This document shows positions 39,420 through 50,030 of a DNA stretch of 64,000 nucleotides, piece after piece (within the stretch, counting starts at the first letter, position 1; each line of letters begins with the position of its first letter). The notes under the pieces are model-generated. The model had not been told where the DNA came from. It made no database searches and was given only the letters and a program-made list of their open reading frames with translations. This DNA comes from a candidate division WOR-3 bacterium (GTDB lineage: Bacteria > Hydrothermota > Tepidihabitantia > SM23-42 > CAYGYG01), in NCBI GenBank assembly GCA_965648915.1, contig CBFGIV010000002.1:95753-159752 (forward strand), in the 5' to 3' direction. The translations under genes were made by a program, and so were the position numbers.

Positions 39420-40316
39420 TTAACCAAAGAAGACAAACATAACCCCGGAAAAGGCAACGATGATCCCAAGGAACCGACGCCAATTCACCGTTTCCTTCAA
39501 GATGAGGCCGGCCAAGATATAGATAAATATCGTGCTGGTCTGATTTAGCGCAGCAGCAATCGAAATCTGTGTATATTTCATACCACCTAACCAGATAGCC
39601 ATTGCCAGATAAGCGCCTAAGAAGGCACCGGTGATTGGATATTCCCAGTTCGGGGTCAACCGAAGTGATTGAATAATAACAGTTCTTGCTGGATTAAAGA
39701 TAAGTATCATTGTAAGGACGATGATCCCGCCCATTAGACGAATCGATGTCAACCATATCAAAGGCAAATCATTAAGGAACGGTTTGATCGTCACGACACT
39801 CGTGGCTGTTGCAAGTGTGCCAATGACGCCGTACATTATCCCTATTAGAATTTGGCGACGGATAACAATCTTTTTCTTTAATTCCAAAGACGCAACTAAG
39901 ATTGCTGTGATGATTAGAATAGCACCGAATAACTGGTAGCCGGTCAATCGTTCACGCAAGAACAAGATTGCCAGGATGATCATAAAAGGGCTATAGAGAC
40001 AGACGACAATGCTTGATAAACCAGCACCCAAGAGGTTAAGACTTTGGAAGTACAGGGTATCACCAATACCGATACCCAGTGCACCACTCAGGATTAGCAG
40101 TAGATAGATATTTCTCGATGCTGGATAGAAGAGTTCTTCTTTAAAGATATAGATCGTTGGTATGAAGAAGATTAACGCCAGTAAGTTCTTGAATAAATTC
40201 AGGGCAAGGGGATGGATTGTCTCGCCACTCTTCTTAAAAAAAATGACGGCGAGTGCCCAGATAATTGCACAAAGTATTGCCAGTGCCTCACCCAGATAGA
40301 GATTAACAGTAATCAT
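39420..40316 (-). CDS. DMT/EamA-family transporter
   Basis: 10 TM helices in two repeats ending LFLRERL and LILKETV. Confidence 0.88.
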   Translation of the reverse strand: MITVNLYLGEALAILCAIIWALAVIFFKKSGETIHPLALNLFKNLLALIFFIPTIYIFKEELFYPASRNIYLLLILSGALGIGIGDTLYFQSLNLLGAGLSSIVVCLYSPFMIILAILFLRERLTGYQLFGAILIITAILVASLELKKKIVIRRQILIGIMYGVIGTLATATSVVTIKPFLNDLPLIWLTSIRLMGGIIVLTMILIFNPARTVIIQSLRLTPNWEYPITGAFLGAYLAMAIWLGGMKYTQISIAAALNQTSTIFIYILAGLILKETVNWRRFLGIIVAFSGVMFVFFG

Positions 40317-40749
40317 CGATTGGTTGGCTCAATACTTCTTTTAGCAGATTTCGGGTGTGCGGTACCATTTTCAATTTTTTAAGCTCAAATTTTTTCGCCC
40401 AGCGAATCTCGCCGGCATCAGAACCCGGTTTAACCCTGCCAGCCACATAGCGAGCCAGCAGGTAGATGATGGTGAAATGAAATCGAATACGACCCTTCGG
40501 GTCTTTGATGATACTATCATAAACATTGATAATTCGGCCCGGTCTGATCATGATGTTGCATTCCTCGTGAATTTCACGTTTTACCGCAGAAGCAATTGTT
40601 TCACCAAGTTCAACAACACCGCCTGGTAGACTCCAGAAACCTTTGTTAGGTTCGTGGGCTCTTTTTACCAATAGAATTCTATCCTGCCGGATAATAATCG
40701 CATGAACCGAAACAACCGGTTGCTTTGGATATTTTCGATCCCGAATCAT
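40303..40749 (-). CDS. Nudix hydrolase
   Basis: Nudix box WSLPGGVVELGETIASAVKREIHEE. Confidence 0.9.
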   Translation of the reverse strand: MIRDRKYPKQPVVSVHAIIIRQDRILLVKRAHEPNKGFWSLPGGVVELGETIASAVKREIHEECNIMIRPGRIINVYDSIIKDPKGRIRFHFTIIYLLARYVAGRVKPGSDAGEIRWAKKFELKKLKMVPHTRNLLKEVLSQPIDDYC

Positions 40750-40948
40750 CTTTTTAATCAGTGTGCGTGATCAATATTTGACCAGATCTTATACCTAAGT
40801 CGTTTTTGAGGCATTTCCTTATTTTCAATTTACCTTTATAACTTTTAATTCCAAGATAAATTTTAAACTCGTAACTCATATGAACCTTTACTGCGTCAAA
40901 ATTTATTGTGAATTTCTGGCCACGTACATCAGTTCAATACCATCAATA

Positions 40949-42352
40949 TCAAAAAGGAGGGGCTTCCTGGGGGAAGATTTTTCCCGGGTTAAGGATATTT
41001 TTGGGGTCGAAGATTTTTTTAATCCTTCTCATAAGTTCAATCTGGACTGGATCAAGGGCCATAGGTAGATAGGATTTTTTAACCAGACCGATACCGTGTT
41101 CAGCAGTTATCGTTCCACCAAGTTCAATGGTTATCTGATAGACACGCTCGATTAATTTTGTTAAATGCGCACGGTCAAAGCCCTCCTGGGCAAGGAAATC
41201 ACAGTGGATGTTTCCATCACCCATATGCCCAAAGGCAAAGAGTTTTACTCGATAGATATTCTCGAGAGCCTTGAGTTGATTGATGAGTTCCGATACCCGG
41301 TTCCTCGGAACAACCAGATCTTCCCGGGCAACCATCATCCCGAGGGTCTTAAGTTCACCAGTTTTTCTCCTTGTCTCCCAGATTCGATCCTGAGTTGGAC
41401 GATCTTCACCAACCAGAACCTCAAGGGCTTTACTTTCATAGGCTGATTCACCTATCTTCTCGTATATTTTTCTCAGTTGCTCGATATCATCACCGTCGAT
41501 CTGAACAATCAGTTGAACCCCGGCCTGGGAAAAGGGCAATGGATGGCCCAGGACCTTTTCGACACCCCGCACCACCTCACCATCCATAAGTTCAACTGCA
41601 CTGGGGACAATCCCCTTTTCGAATATTTTGGGCACAAAACTTGCTGCTTCCTCAATCTTGACAAACGGGATGAGAAGATCGATCCGGGCCCTGGGCAGGG
41701 GCAGGAGTTTCAATGTGGCTTCGGTAATTACTGCCAGCGTCCCTTCAGAACCGATAATCAGATCGAGCAGGCTATAACCAGCAACATTCTTCAACAGTTT
41801 ACCGCTTAATTTTGTAATTGAGCCGTCAGGTAGAACGATCTCTAAACCCATTACATAGTTGCGGGTGACTCCATATTTGACTGCCTTAGGGCCACCCGCA
41901 CACTCGGCAATATTACCACCGATGCAACAGGAGTCGATGCTGACCGGGTCCGGGGGAAAGAAGAGATTGTATCTTTCAAGAACTCTCCCCAGTTCACCGG
42001 TAATTATTCCTGGTTCGACCACCACCATTGAATTTTCGATATCGATCTCTTTAATCTTATTCATCCTTTCAAAGGATATAACAATGCCCCCAAAGATGGG
42101 AATTGCCCCACCCGATAGACCGGTTCCCCCGGAACGGGGTGTCACCGGGATCATCTCATCATTGGCTAAATTCATTATTTCAGAAACCTGTTTGGTATTT
42201 TCAACTTTTACTACAACTTCAGGCATCGCACAAAATATTGGAGTCTCATCATGGGAGAAGGGTTCTAATTTGTCCTGGGTTGTTAAGCAGTTTTGCGCGC
42301 CGACAATCTTTTGTAAGATCTCGACGATCTGTGGTGTAACTTTATTATACAT
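40949..42352 (-). CDS. FAD-linked oxidase (GlcD/D-lactate dehydrogenase family)
   Basis: PRSGGTGLSGG, FFPPDP, AGGPKAVKYG, GHMGDGNIH, AEHGIG and LNPGK. Confidence 0.9.
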   Translation of the reverse strand: MYNKVTPQIVEILQKIVGAQNCLTTQDKLEPFSHDETPIFCAMPEVVVKVENTKQVSEIMNLANDEMIPVTPRSGGTGLSGGAIPIFGGIVISFERMNKIKEIDIENSMVVVEPGIITGELGRVLERYNLFFPPDPVSIDSCCIGGNIAECAGGPKAVKYGVTRNYVMGLEIVLPDGSITKLSGKLLKNVAGYSLLDLIIGSEGTLAVITEATLKLLPLPRARIDLLIPFVKIEEAASFVPKIFEKGIVPSAVELMDGEVVRGVEKVLGHPLPFSQAGVQLIVQIDGDDIEQLRKIYEKIGESAYESKALEVLVGEDRPTQDRIWETRRKTGELKTLGMMVAREDLVVPRNRVSELINQLKALENIYRVKLFAFGHMGDGNIHCDFLAQEGFDRAHLTKLIERVYQITIELGGTITAEHGIGLVKKSYLPMALDPVQIELMRRIKKIFDPKNILNPGKIFPQEAPPF

Positions 42353-42471
42353 TGATAAATTCTATCCAGATTCTCTCAAAATTCAAGTAAAAATGAGGTC
42401 GAGCATTGTGTAAAGATAACCTTGTTGACTTTGTATAACTTTTGGATAGACTCTAAAATAAGGAGGCGAAA

Positions 42472-44046
42472 TTGTTTATATCTATCTTGTTTCTCATCGG
42501 TATTGAAGTGAGTTCGAAAATTGACTCGGTCGTAGTCTATAGTAACCGGGTTCTTGTATCGAGAATTGCCTATGTAAGTCTGGAAAAGAGTGCTGAGCTT
42601 GTCTTTACCAATTTACCCGGGACACTTGAGGATCAATCGGTCCGGATAAAAGCGGAAAATCTGACTATCGGTGAAATTGAAATCAGGCGCGGTTATACAA
42701 AAGAACCCCATCCCCGGGTCAAAGACTTCCAGGCTAAAATCAAAGATCTGGAGAGTGAGGATCGTGGTCTAACTGACGAATATGCGGTGTTGAAAGAGTC
42801 CGAGAAGTTTCTCGGCTCGATTGCCACTGGTTCTGGTCAGACAATCATTAAAGAGATAAACACCGCTAAGATTTCACCTCAGTCCTGGCGTCAGGGTTTA
42901 AATTTTATTGTTGGTGAATGGGTTAAGGTAAAGACCAGGATGGCCGAGATTGAGCGAAGACAGATAGATCTGAAGGAGCGGCTTGAAGCTTTAAAAAGAG
43001 AATTGAATGACATCCGGGCAGATGTGGAACAACGCAAGACAATTATTTTTGATGTCTCGGTTAAAACTCCGGGTAATTACAAGATCGAACTCAACTATAT
43101 TCTACCCGGTGCCCAATGGCGGACATATTATGAAATAAGAGGGCGGCCTTCGGAAAAAAAGATTGAGTTATTTTACTACGGCAAGATTGGGCAGAGGACA
43201 GGTGAAGACTGGGAAGATGTCAGGGTTGTTCTTTCTACGGGCGCGCCGGTAACTGGAGGGACAGCACCGATACCAGCACCCTGGTATATAGATTTGTATA
43301 CACCTTACCGTGGTGGCCAGCTTGAAGAAAAAGCCGCTGCAAAAGCAGGTATACCACAATTGTTACCACTCACACCGTCTGAGGTAAGCGAGGCACCGCC
43401 ACCGGCTCCACCAGTCGAAGCCGGTATTGCCATCTGGTATCCTTTGCCGGGCAAATACACGATCAAGAGCGGTGATCAGGAACATAAAATGCTCATTGCC
43501 CAAACGTCTTTTGATGCCGATTTTGAATACTTTGCGATGCCGAGAATAGCCCAGTTGGCTTATCTCACGGGCAGAGCAAAGAACACGAGTGGTTATCTCT
43601 TTATTGCAGGTGAGGCGAGTACTTATGTTGGTGATGATTATACGGGCAAGATTTACCTACCGAATATAGCACCGGATGAGTCGACTAAAGTTTCCGTGGG
43701 AATGGATGATCGGGTTAAAGTAACCCGGGAAACAAAAAAGATGAAGATTAAAAAGGGCGGGTTATTTGGGGGTAAGACCCGATACGAATTTACTTATGAG
43801 AACATCATTGAGAATTTTCACACCCGAGATATAACCTGTCAGATCGTCGATCAGACACCAATTCCGAACAATCCCGATATTAATGTGGGTGATATTAAGA
43901 TCGAACCCCGGCCAACCGAAGAGGATAAAGACCGCAGCCTTTACTACTGGCAGGTGCCGATCCAGGCGAAGGGGAGATACAGAATAACTGTCTCTTTTAC
44001 GGTTGAGGCACCCGGTGATCGAGAGATCCGGGGATTGTTGCCATAG
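42472..44046 (+). CDS. DUF4140/DUF4139 (MuiA-like) protein, paralog 1
   Basis: IDSVVVYSNR, coiled coil, QRTGEDW..V...LST and GMDDRVKV. SD AGGAGG and a TTGACT-16-TAGACT promoter. Confidence 0.85.
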   Translation: MFISILFLIGIEVSSKIDSVVVYSNRVLVSRIAYVSLEKSAELVFTNLPGTLEDQSVRIKAENLTIGEIEIRRGYTKEPHPRVKDFQAKIKDLESEDRGLTDEYAVLKESEKFLGSIATGSGQTIIKEINTAKISPQSWRQGLNFIVGEWVKVKTRMAEIERRQIDLKERLEALKRELNDIRADVEQRKTIIFDVSVKTPGNYKIELNYILPGAQWRTYYEIRGRPSEKKIELFYYGKIGQRTGEDWEDVRVVLSTGAPVTGGTAPIPAPWYIDLYTPYRGGQLEEKAAAKAGIPQLLPLTPSEVSEAPPPAPPVEAGIAIWYPLPGKYTIKSGDQEHKMLIAQTSFDADFEYFAMPRIAQLAYLTGRAKNTSGYLFIAGEASTYVGDDYTGKIYLPNIAPDESTKVSVGMDDRVKVTRETKKMKIKKGGLFGGKTRYEFTYENIIENFHTRDITCQIVDQTPIPNNPDINVGDIKIEPRPTEEDKDRSLYYWQVPIQAKGRYRITVSFTVEAPGDREIRGLLP

Positions 44047-44089
44047 TTGAGAACTTGATCGACAAAAATTATTGAATAAAGGAGATGAG

Positions 44090-45661
44090 ATGGTAGTGGA
44101 TAAATTTGAAGTAACCGGCATCGAAGTAAATTCGAAAGTGGATTCGGTTGTTGTCTATTCAGACCGGGTCCTGGTCACCAGGATTGCTGAGATTTCCATA
44201 GAGAAGGGAACCAATATTGTCTTTACTGACCTACCCGGAGCAATTGATGACCAATCGGTCAGAGTAAAAGCTAAGGATCTGACAATTGGCGAGATTCAGA
44301 TAAAGACCGGCTATGTACTGAAACCGATCCCGAGGGTGAAAGAACTCCAGGATAAGATTAAAACCTTGGAGATTGAGGATCGTAGTCTTAATGACGAACT
44401 TGCTGTTCTATCAGATAAAGAAAAATTCCTGAATTCCCTGATTACCGGTTCAGCCAATATTATCTTAAAAGAGATAAATACAGCAAAAGTTGCGCCTGAG
44501 ACCTGGCAACAGGGAATCAGATTTGTGGCTGATGAACTTATGAGTTCAAAAAAAAGGAAGGTAGAGATTGAACTGGAAAGGCAGAACTTGAAAGAAAAAA
44601 TCGATGCCCTGCGCCAGGAATTTAGTGATGTTCGGTCAATAGCGGAAAACCGGAAGGTGATTTTCTTCGAAGTCCAGCCCAGGAAACCTGGAAAATATTC
44701 AATCGAGCTCAGTTATATTATATATGGGGCAAACTGGTGGACCTATTATGATCTACGCGCCAATCCGGTTGATAAAAAAGTTGAGATCGCTTACTTTGGC
44801 AAATTAACTCAGAATACTGGCGAAGACTGGATTGATACCAAGATAACCCTATCCACCGGCCATCCTGCCACTGGCGGAGCACCACCTTCTCCCGAACCCT
44901 GGTACATAAATCTTTACCGACCTCCACCCCAGGAAATAGAAACAGCCTATCGGGGAAAAAGAGAGATGCCCTCGGCTTCAAAGGCGGCGGAAGATAAACT
45001 GGCACCCCCTGTGCTTGAGCCGGCACCACCGGTTGAGACCGGTCTGGCCATCTGGTATCCTTTGCCCGGCAAATATACGATCAAGAGTGGTGATCAGGAG
45101 AGGAAGATTCTTATCCATCAATCAACCCTTGATGGCGAATATGAATATCTTATCATACCGAGGTTCACCCTGCAGGCGTATTTGATGGCAAAGGTTAAGA
45201 ATACGACCGGTTACCTCTATCTGGCTGGAGAAGCAGGTACTTATGTCGGTGATGATTTTACCGGCAAAGTATATTTCCCGAAAGTCGCTCCCGATGATAC
45301 AGTGGATATAACTTTTGGTCTCGATGACCGCGTAAAGGTAAAAAGAGAGACTAGGAAGATGAAGATCACCAAGAGCGGTATTTTAGGATCAAAAAACAGA
45401 TACGAATTTGTCTACGAAAATATTGTTGAAAATTTTCATAATAGCGAAATAAGATGTAAAATTGTTGATCAGATCCCGATTGCCGGTGATCCCGACATTA
45501 AGGTGAGCGATGTGAAATTAAATCCCAAACCATCTGAGGAAGATAAAGATCGAGCGCTATATAACTGGCAGATAACACTCCCGGCTAAAGATAAATTCAC
45601 GATGACCCTGGCCTTTACTGTTGAATGGCCGGCGGAAAGAGAGCTGACCGGATTGATATAA
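44090..45661 (+). CDS. DUF4140/DUF4139 (MuiA-like) protein, paralog 2
   Basis: Colinear with paralog 1 (QNTGEDW, AIWYPLPGKYTIKSGDQE). GGAG precedes ATG 44090. Confidence 0.85.
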   Translation: MVVDKFEVTGIEVNSKVDSVVVYSDRVLVTRIAEISIEKGTNIVFTDLPGAIDDQSVRVKAKDLTIGEIQIKTGYVLKPIPRVKELQDKIKTLEIEDRSLNDELAVLSDKEKFLNSLITGSANIILKEINTAKVAPETWQQGIRFVADELMSSKKRKVEIELERQNLKEKIDALRQEFSDVRSIAENRKVIFFEVQPRKPGKYSIELSYIIYGANWWTYYDLRANPVDKKVEIAYFGKLTQNTGEDWIDTKITLSTGHPATGGAPPSPEPWYINLYRPPPQEIETAYRGKREMPSASKAAEDKLAPPVLEPAPPVETGLAIWYPLPGKYTIKSGDQERKILIHQSTLDGEYEYLIIPRFTLQAYLMAKVKNTTGYLYLAGEAGTYVGDDFTGKVYFPKVAPDDTVDITFGLDDRVKVKRETRKMKITKSGILGSKNRYEFVYENIVENFHNSEIRCKIVDQIPIAGDPDIKVSDVKLNPKPSEEDKDRALYNWQITLPAKDKFTMTLAFTVEWPAERELTGLI

Positions 45662-45792
45662 GGATCTATAGTTTAGTGCCATCAATCAAAACTATAACGC
45701 AAGATTGACAATTATCGGATTTAAGATAAAATTGATGTATTGGTTACCACATTCATCACTTTGGTCCCTGTCTTTTCTATCAGTTTTTAATT

Positions 45793-46077
45793 ATGGAATT
45801 GAGAGATTATCAAGATTTGATTAAAGCAATCTATTTTGACAAAGATTCCCGAAGGGGGCTGTCCAAGACTTTTAACTGGCTGATTGAAGAGATCGGCGAA
45901 CTGGCCCGGGCAATAAGAAAGGGTGATAAAAAGGCAGTCGATGAAGAGATCGCCGATACTCTGGCCTGGCTCTTGAGTGTGGCTTCAATTTTGAAAGTGG
46001 ATGTTGAAGAGTCAATGAAAAAATATAAGGACGGTTGCCCCAAGTGTCATAAGAGGCCTTGCCGATGTAAAGAATAA
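45793..46077 (+). CDS. MazG-like nucleotide pyrophosphohydrolase
   Basis: WLIEEIGELARA...DEEIADTLAW and a C-terminal CPKCHKRPCRC. Confidence 0.85.
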   Translation: MELRDYQDLIKAIYFDKDSRRGLSKTFNWLIEEIGELARAIRKGDKKAVDEEIADTLAWLLSVASILKVDVEESMKKYKDGCPKCHKRPCRCKE

Positions 46078-46097
46078 GAAGATTATAAGGAGGTATT

Positions 46098-47216
46098 ATG
46101 CTGGAACTTAGCCTGATTTTTTTTATCACAACCCTTTCCCCTCCGACCGATGTCAGGGTATGTGATGCGCCGAATGATGCGGGTGGTGCGGTTATTATTA
46201 TGTGGAAACTATCATCTGATGATCAAGATCTAAGTGCTTATCGGATTGAACGGGCTGAATCCGGTAAGGAGTTCATCGATATCGGTTTTGTGCCTCGAGG
46301 TATCAATCGATACATCGATTCCAAGACCGATGACCGCCTGCAATATGTCTACCGGATTGTTGCCTTAAAAGATACAGCGAGAGCGGTCTCTGAGATCTCT
46401 AATCCGATCCAGAGCAAGGGGCAGTGGTTTCATACGGGTAGAGTGAATGTCATTATCGGTATTATTATCTTTGGCAGTCTGATTTTCTGGTTTGTCAATC
46501 ATGCCCGAAAAGGTAGAGAACTCTTCATAAGGCGTATTGCCGGACTTGATGCAGTAGAGGAGGCAGTGGGTCGGGCGACAGAGATGGGTAAGGCGATTCT
46601 CTATGTCCCGGGCCTCTCTTCGGTCGGCGATGTCGCAACCATCGCTTCACTCAATATCCTCGGTGAGGTGGCACGTAAGGCGGCTCAGTATGAGACAACC
46701 CTGCTCGTTCCCAATCGTGATCCCATTGTCTATACAGTTGCCCAGGCCGTGGTTAAAGAAGCCTACACCAAGGAAGGGAGGCCTGATGCCTATCGAGATG
46801 AAAATGTCTTCTTTATTACAGATAGTCAATTCGCTTATGCCGCAGCGGTCGATGGTATTATGGTCCGGGAGAAACCGGCGACAAATTTCTTTCTCGGTAT
46901 GTTCTGGGCCGAATCACTCATTCTGGCTGAGACCGGGGCAACAACCGGTGCAATTCAGATTGCGGGTACCGATTCGGTCTATCAGTTACCTTTCTTTATA
47001 ACTGCCTGTGACTACACTCTGATCGGTGAAGAGTTATATGCGGCTTCTGCTTATCTCTCCCGAGAACCGACCCTGCTCGCCTCTTTGAAGGCTCAAGATT
47101 ATGGTAAATTAATTATTATTGCATTGATCATTTTCGGCTCGGCGCTTCTTCTGGTGAGTGTCTTTCCTGGTTTAAGTTTTTTTAAGGGAATTATGAATTT
47201 CTTTTCGGTCAGTTAG
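46098..47216 (+). CDS. FN3-domain plus DUF6754-like membrane protein
   Basis: PPTDV...DAPNDAGG...W...Y.YRI (FN3), a TM helix, [44 protein letters not shown] and a C-terminal TM. Confidence 0.7.
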   Translation: MLELSLIFFITTLSPPTDVRVCDAPNDAGGAVIIMWKLSSDDQDLSAYRIERAESGKEFIDIGFVPRGINRYIDSKTDDRLQYVYRIVALKDTARAVSEISNPIQSKGQWFHTGRVNVIIGIIIFGSLIFWFVNHARKGRELFIRRIAGLDAVEEAVGRATEMGKAILYVPGLSSVGDVATIASLNILGEVARKAAQYETTLLVPNRDPIVYTVAQAVVKEAYTKEGRPDAYRDENVFFITDSQFAYAAAVDGIMVREKPATNFFLGMFWAESLILAETGATTGAIQIAGTDSVYQLPFFITACDYTLIGEELYAASAYLSREPTLLASLKAQDYGKLIIIALIIFGSALLLVSVFPGLSFFKGIMNFFSVS

Positions 47217-47229
47217 GGAGGTTGAAAAT

Positions 47230-47850
47230 ATGCAGCGACGTATTCCTATGGCAATCTGTCTGATTATGGGGCTCTTTATGATTATCCAGTATATGATCCC
47301 CCATAATGTTTCCAAACTCGCCTATGAGGAGATGCTGGACTGGGATCGAATCATTGTGGCATTTGCCCTCATTCTCTCAACCGGCAGTCTGGTAACCCAT
47401 CATCTAACCAAGATCAAACGTAAGAAACAGGACTGGTATTTCAGTTTTGTAACCCTCATCGGTTTGGTTGCAACTGCTTTCATTGGTTTGATCTGGGGAA
47501 TCAAGGCGGGCACACCACTCCATATTATCTATATCAACATTATTGTCCCGCTCGGTTCATCGATGTTTGCCATCCTTGCCTTCTATATGGCTTCAGCCGC
47601 CTATCGAGCCTTTCGGGCGCGTAATAAAGAAGCGACACTCTTACTGGTCGCTGCTTTTGTTGTTATGTTGGGTATGGTGCCGATAGGCTCTTTCATCTGG
47701 ACAAAATTACCCGATGTTGCCCAGTGGATTCTCAATTTTCCGAACCTTGCCGCCAAAAGGGCAATCTTTTTCGGTGTCGCCTTAGGTATGATCTCGACCT
47801 CGATCAAGATTATCTTCGGTATTGAACGCGGTTGGATAGGAGGCAAGTAA
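47230..47850 (+). CDS. Hypothetical integral membrane protein
   Basis: About 6 hydrophobic segments, [26 protein letters not shown]. Confidence 0.75.
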   Translation: MQRRIPMAICLIMGLFMIIQYMIPHNVSKLAYEEMLDWDRIIVAFALILSTGSLVTHHLTKIKRKKQDWYFSFVTLIGLVATAFIGLIWGIKAGTPLHIIYINIIVPLGSSMFAILAFYMASAAYRAFRARNKEATLLLVAAFVVMLGMVPIGSFIWTKLPDVAQWILNFPNLAAKRAIFFGVALGMISTSIKIIFGIERGWIGGK

Positions 47851-47851
47851 T

Positions 47852-48694
47852 ATGAAATGGCTTAACTGGCTCTTCAGGATTGATCGTCGGATTGTCTTTC
47901 TTATCTTAGCAGTTGTTGTCATACTTCCCTTGCTGGTGCCGTTAAATCTTGGTGTTACCATTTCACCTCCGGTTAAAAATCTCTTTGATGAGATCGATAG
48001 GATCCCGGCCAATAGCAAACCGCTGATGATCTCGGTTGACTTTGACCCCAATTCGATGCCCGAACTCTACCCGATGTATCTGGCGATTCTCCGCCATGCC
48101 TTTGCCCGGGATGTCAGGGTGATTATTCTCGGTCTCTGGCTAACCGGTATAAGTATCGGTGAAGAGGGTTTAAGTGAGGTCTCGAGAGATTTTAATAAGG
48201 TTTACGGTAAGGATTATGTCTTCCTCGGATGGCAGGCGGGCGTTGCCGCGGTAATCCTCGGTATGGGCGAAAATATCAAAAGGGTCTTCCCCAACGATTA
48301 CTATAATCGACCCTTAGACTCTTTGCCCCTGATGCGGGAAGTCAGGAATTATTCTGATATTCCTCTATTTATCTCGCTCTCGGCTGGTGACCCTGGTTAT
48401 CGAACCTGGATCACTTATGCAGGAGCAAGTTATGGGCTCAAGATTGGAACCGGGGTTACGGCGGTTTCTGGTGCTGATGCCTATCCTTATCTTCAAACCG
48501 GTCAACTGGTTGGTCTCCTGGCCGGGATGAAGGGTGGGGCTGAATATGAAAACTTGATCGAAAAAGCGGGGTATTATAAAGGTAAAAAACCGGCGACGCA
48601 GGCGATGGATTCTCAGTCCCTTGCTCATCTTGCCATAATGGTTCTGGTAATCTTAGGGAATATTGGTTTCTTCATCGGACGGAGGCAGAAATGA
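47852..48694 (+). CDS. Hypothetical membrane protein with a central soluble alpha/beta domain
   Basis: N- and C-terminal TMs, YGKDYVFLGW and YPYLQTGQLVGLLAGMKGGAEYE. Starts 1 nt after the previous stop. Confidence 0.75.
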   Translation: MKWLNWLFRIDRRIVFLILAVVVILPLLVPLNLGVTISPPVKNLFDEIDRIPANSKPLMISVDFDPNSMPELYPMYLAILRHAFARDVRVIILGLWLTGISIGEEGLSEVSRDFNKVYGKDYVFLGWQAGVAAVILGMGENIKRVFPNDYYNRPLDSLPLMREVRNYSDIPLFISLSAGDPGYRTWITYAGASYGLKIGTGVTAVSGADAYPYLQTGQLVGLLAGMKGGAEYENLIEKAGYYKGKKPATQAMDSQSLAHLAIMVLVILGNIGFFIGRRQK

Positions 48695-49323
48695 CAACCG
48701 ATATCTGGATCTGGATCAGTGCCCTTTTGACGCTCTGCATCTTTTCTTTCCTTTATAAGGATAACCCCTTCTATAAATTTGCTGAACACCTCTTTGTCGG
48801 TGTATCTCTTGGATATAGTATTGCCATTACCTACCATAATGCAGTCTATCCGAAACTTATTATCCCGCTCTTCATAAACTTCAGTCCGGGTAACCTTCGG
48901 TTGATTATCCCGTTTGCACTGGGCATTATGTATCTTACCAGGTTTATTCCTAAACTCTCCTGGATGTTCAAACTGCCGATTGCCTTCCTCTTGGGTCTAT
49001 TCTCAGGAGCAGCAATCCCCCGTGAGTTTCAGGCAAATATAATTCGACAGATCCAGGGCAGTCTTCTGACGCCAGAGATATTCGGCCGGATTGATAACGC
49101 AATCTTCACAATTATCGTCTTTATCGGCATAATCTGTTCTTTAATCTACTTCTTCTTTTCGCGAGAACGGAAAGGGATTATAAAACCAGCAGCAGATCTC
49201 GGTATTATCTTTCTGATGGTTGGGTTCGGCGCTTCTTTTGGTTATACCGTAATGGCCCGGGTGAGTCTGCTTATTGGACGAATTCAATTTCTCCTGGGTC
49301 AGTGGTTGGGGTTGATAAAGTAA
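48691..49323 (+). CDS. Hypothetical integral membrane protein
   Basis: FSFLYKDNPFYKFAEHLFVGVS and FLMVGFGASFGYTVMAR. ATGA overlap with the previous gene. Confidence 0.75.
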   Translation: MTTDIWIWISALLTLCIFSFLYKDNPFYKFAEHLFVGVSLGYSIAITYHNAVYPKLIIPLFINFSPGNLRLIIPFALGIMYLTRFIPKLSWMFKLPIAFLLGLFSGAAIPREFQANIIRQIQGSLLTPEIFGRIDNAIFTIIVFIGIICSLIYFFFSRERKGIIKPAADLGIIFLMVGFGASFGYTVMARVSLLIGRIQFLLGQWLGLIK

Positions 49324-49356
49324 GGGCAGACCAGCGGCTTATAGTCAAGGACTGAA

Positions 49357-49785
49357 CTACTGAGGAATTTTCTCTTCAACAAATTTAATTATCTTTTCTC
49401 TAATTTCGAGGTCTGCGGGAAAATAGAGGAAGATACCCCGGAAATTATTTAAAAAAGTTGGTTTAGAGAAGGGGCTTAAAAGCACACCGTTTTTACCAAC
49501 ATAATTTTTTCGAAATTCATTCCAGTGACGAACAGTGGTGAAAGATAGTTTTTTGATAACGATTTGATCGTTCTCGAGGCGATAATGGGTTGGGAAGAAA
49601 TACGAATTGAGGGTGGCGAGGAGAAATAAAATTCCAAAAAATACCCAGTAGATTCCATAGAAGATTAAGATTATGACCAGAAAGAAGATGATGATTGCTA
49701 AAGCCAGGATGGTTTTCCTCAAAGAATCCCGGGCCGGGAAGAAAGTCCAGGAAAGAGTCTCACTGGTTGATGTCTCGTTGTCCAT
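49357..49785 (-). CDS. Hypothetical protein with two TM helices and a small beta domain
   Basis: Long hydrophobic stretch followed by FFPTHYRL...W...GVLLSPF. Confidence 0.65.
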   Translation of the reverse strand: MDNETSTSETLSWTFFPARDSLRKTILALAIIIFFLVIILIFYGIYWVFFGILFLLATLNSYFFPTHYRLENDQIVIKKLSFTTVRHWNEFRKNYVGKNGVLLSPFSKPTFLNNFRGIFLYFPADLEIREKIIKFVEEKIPQ

Positions 49786-49802
49786 TGTCGATCAATAATA
49801 AA

Positions 49803-49876
49803 TGGGCCCGATCCGATTTGAACGGATGACCCGCTGATTATGAGTCAGCTGCTCTGACCAACTGAGCTACGGGCCC
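49803..49876 (-). tRNA. tRNA with CAU anticodon, most likely tRNA-Ile2 (lysidine), CCA not encoded
   Basis: GGGCCCGTAGCTCAGTTGGTCAGAGCAGCTGACTCATAATCAGCGGGTCATCCGTTCAAATCGGATCGGGCCCA. Paired G1-C72 and no run of three GC pairs in the anticodon stem argue against fMet. Confidence 0.9.
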
Positions 49877-50030
49877 GAATCTTTGCTGTTTTTGATAACC
49901 CATAAATAATATACACAGAAATTCTTAAATGTCAATGAAATCTTGTAGATAGAATTAGACATTGCAACCATGTGATAGGGATATTGAAATATTGTATTGA
50001 CGGTGAATAAATTTTGTATAAGATATTATT

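Noticed and set aside
40754..40879. 41-aa minus-strand ORF (MSYEFKIY...) between the Nudix and FAD oxidase genes
   Set aside because: No clear SD, no recognisable motif, and a length expected by chance.
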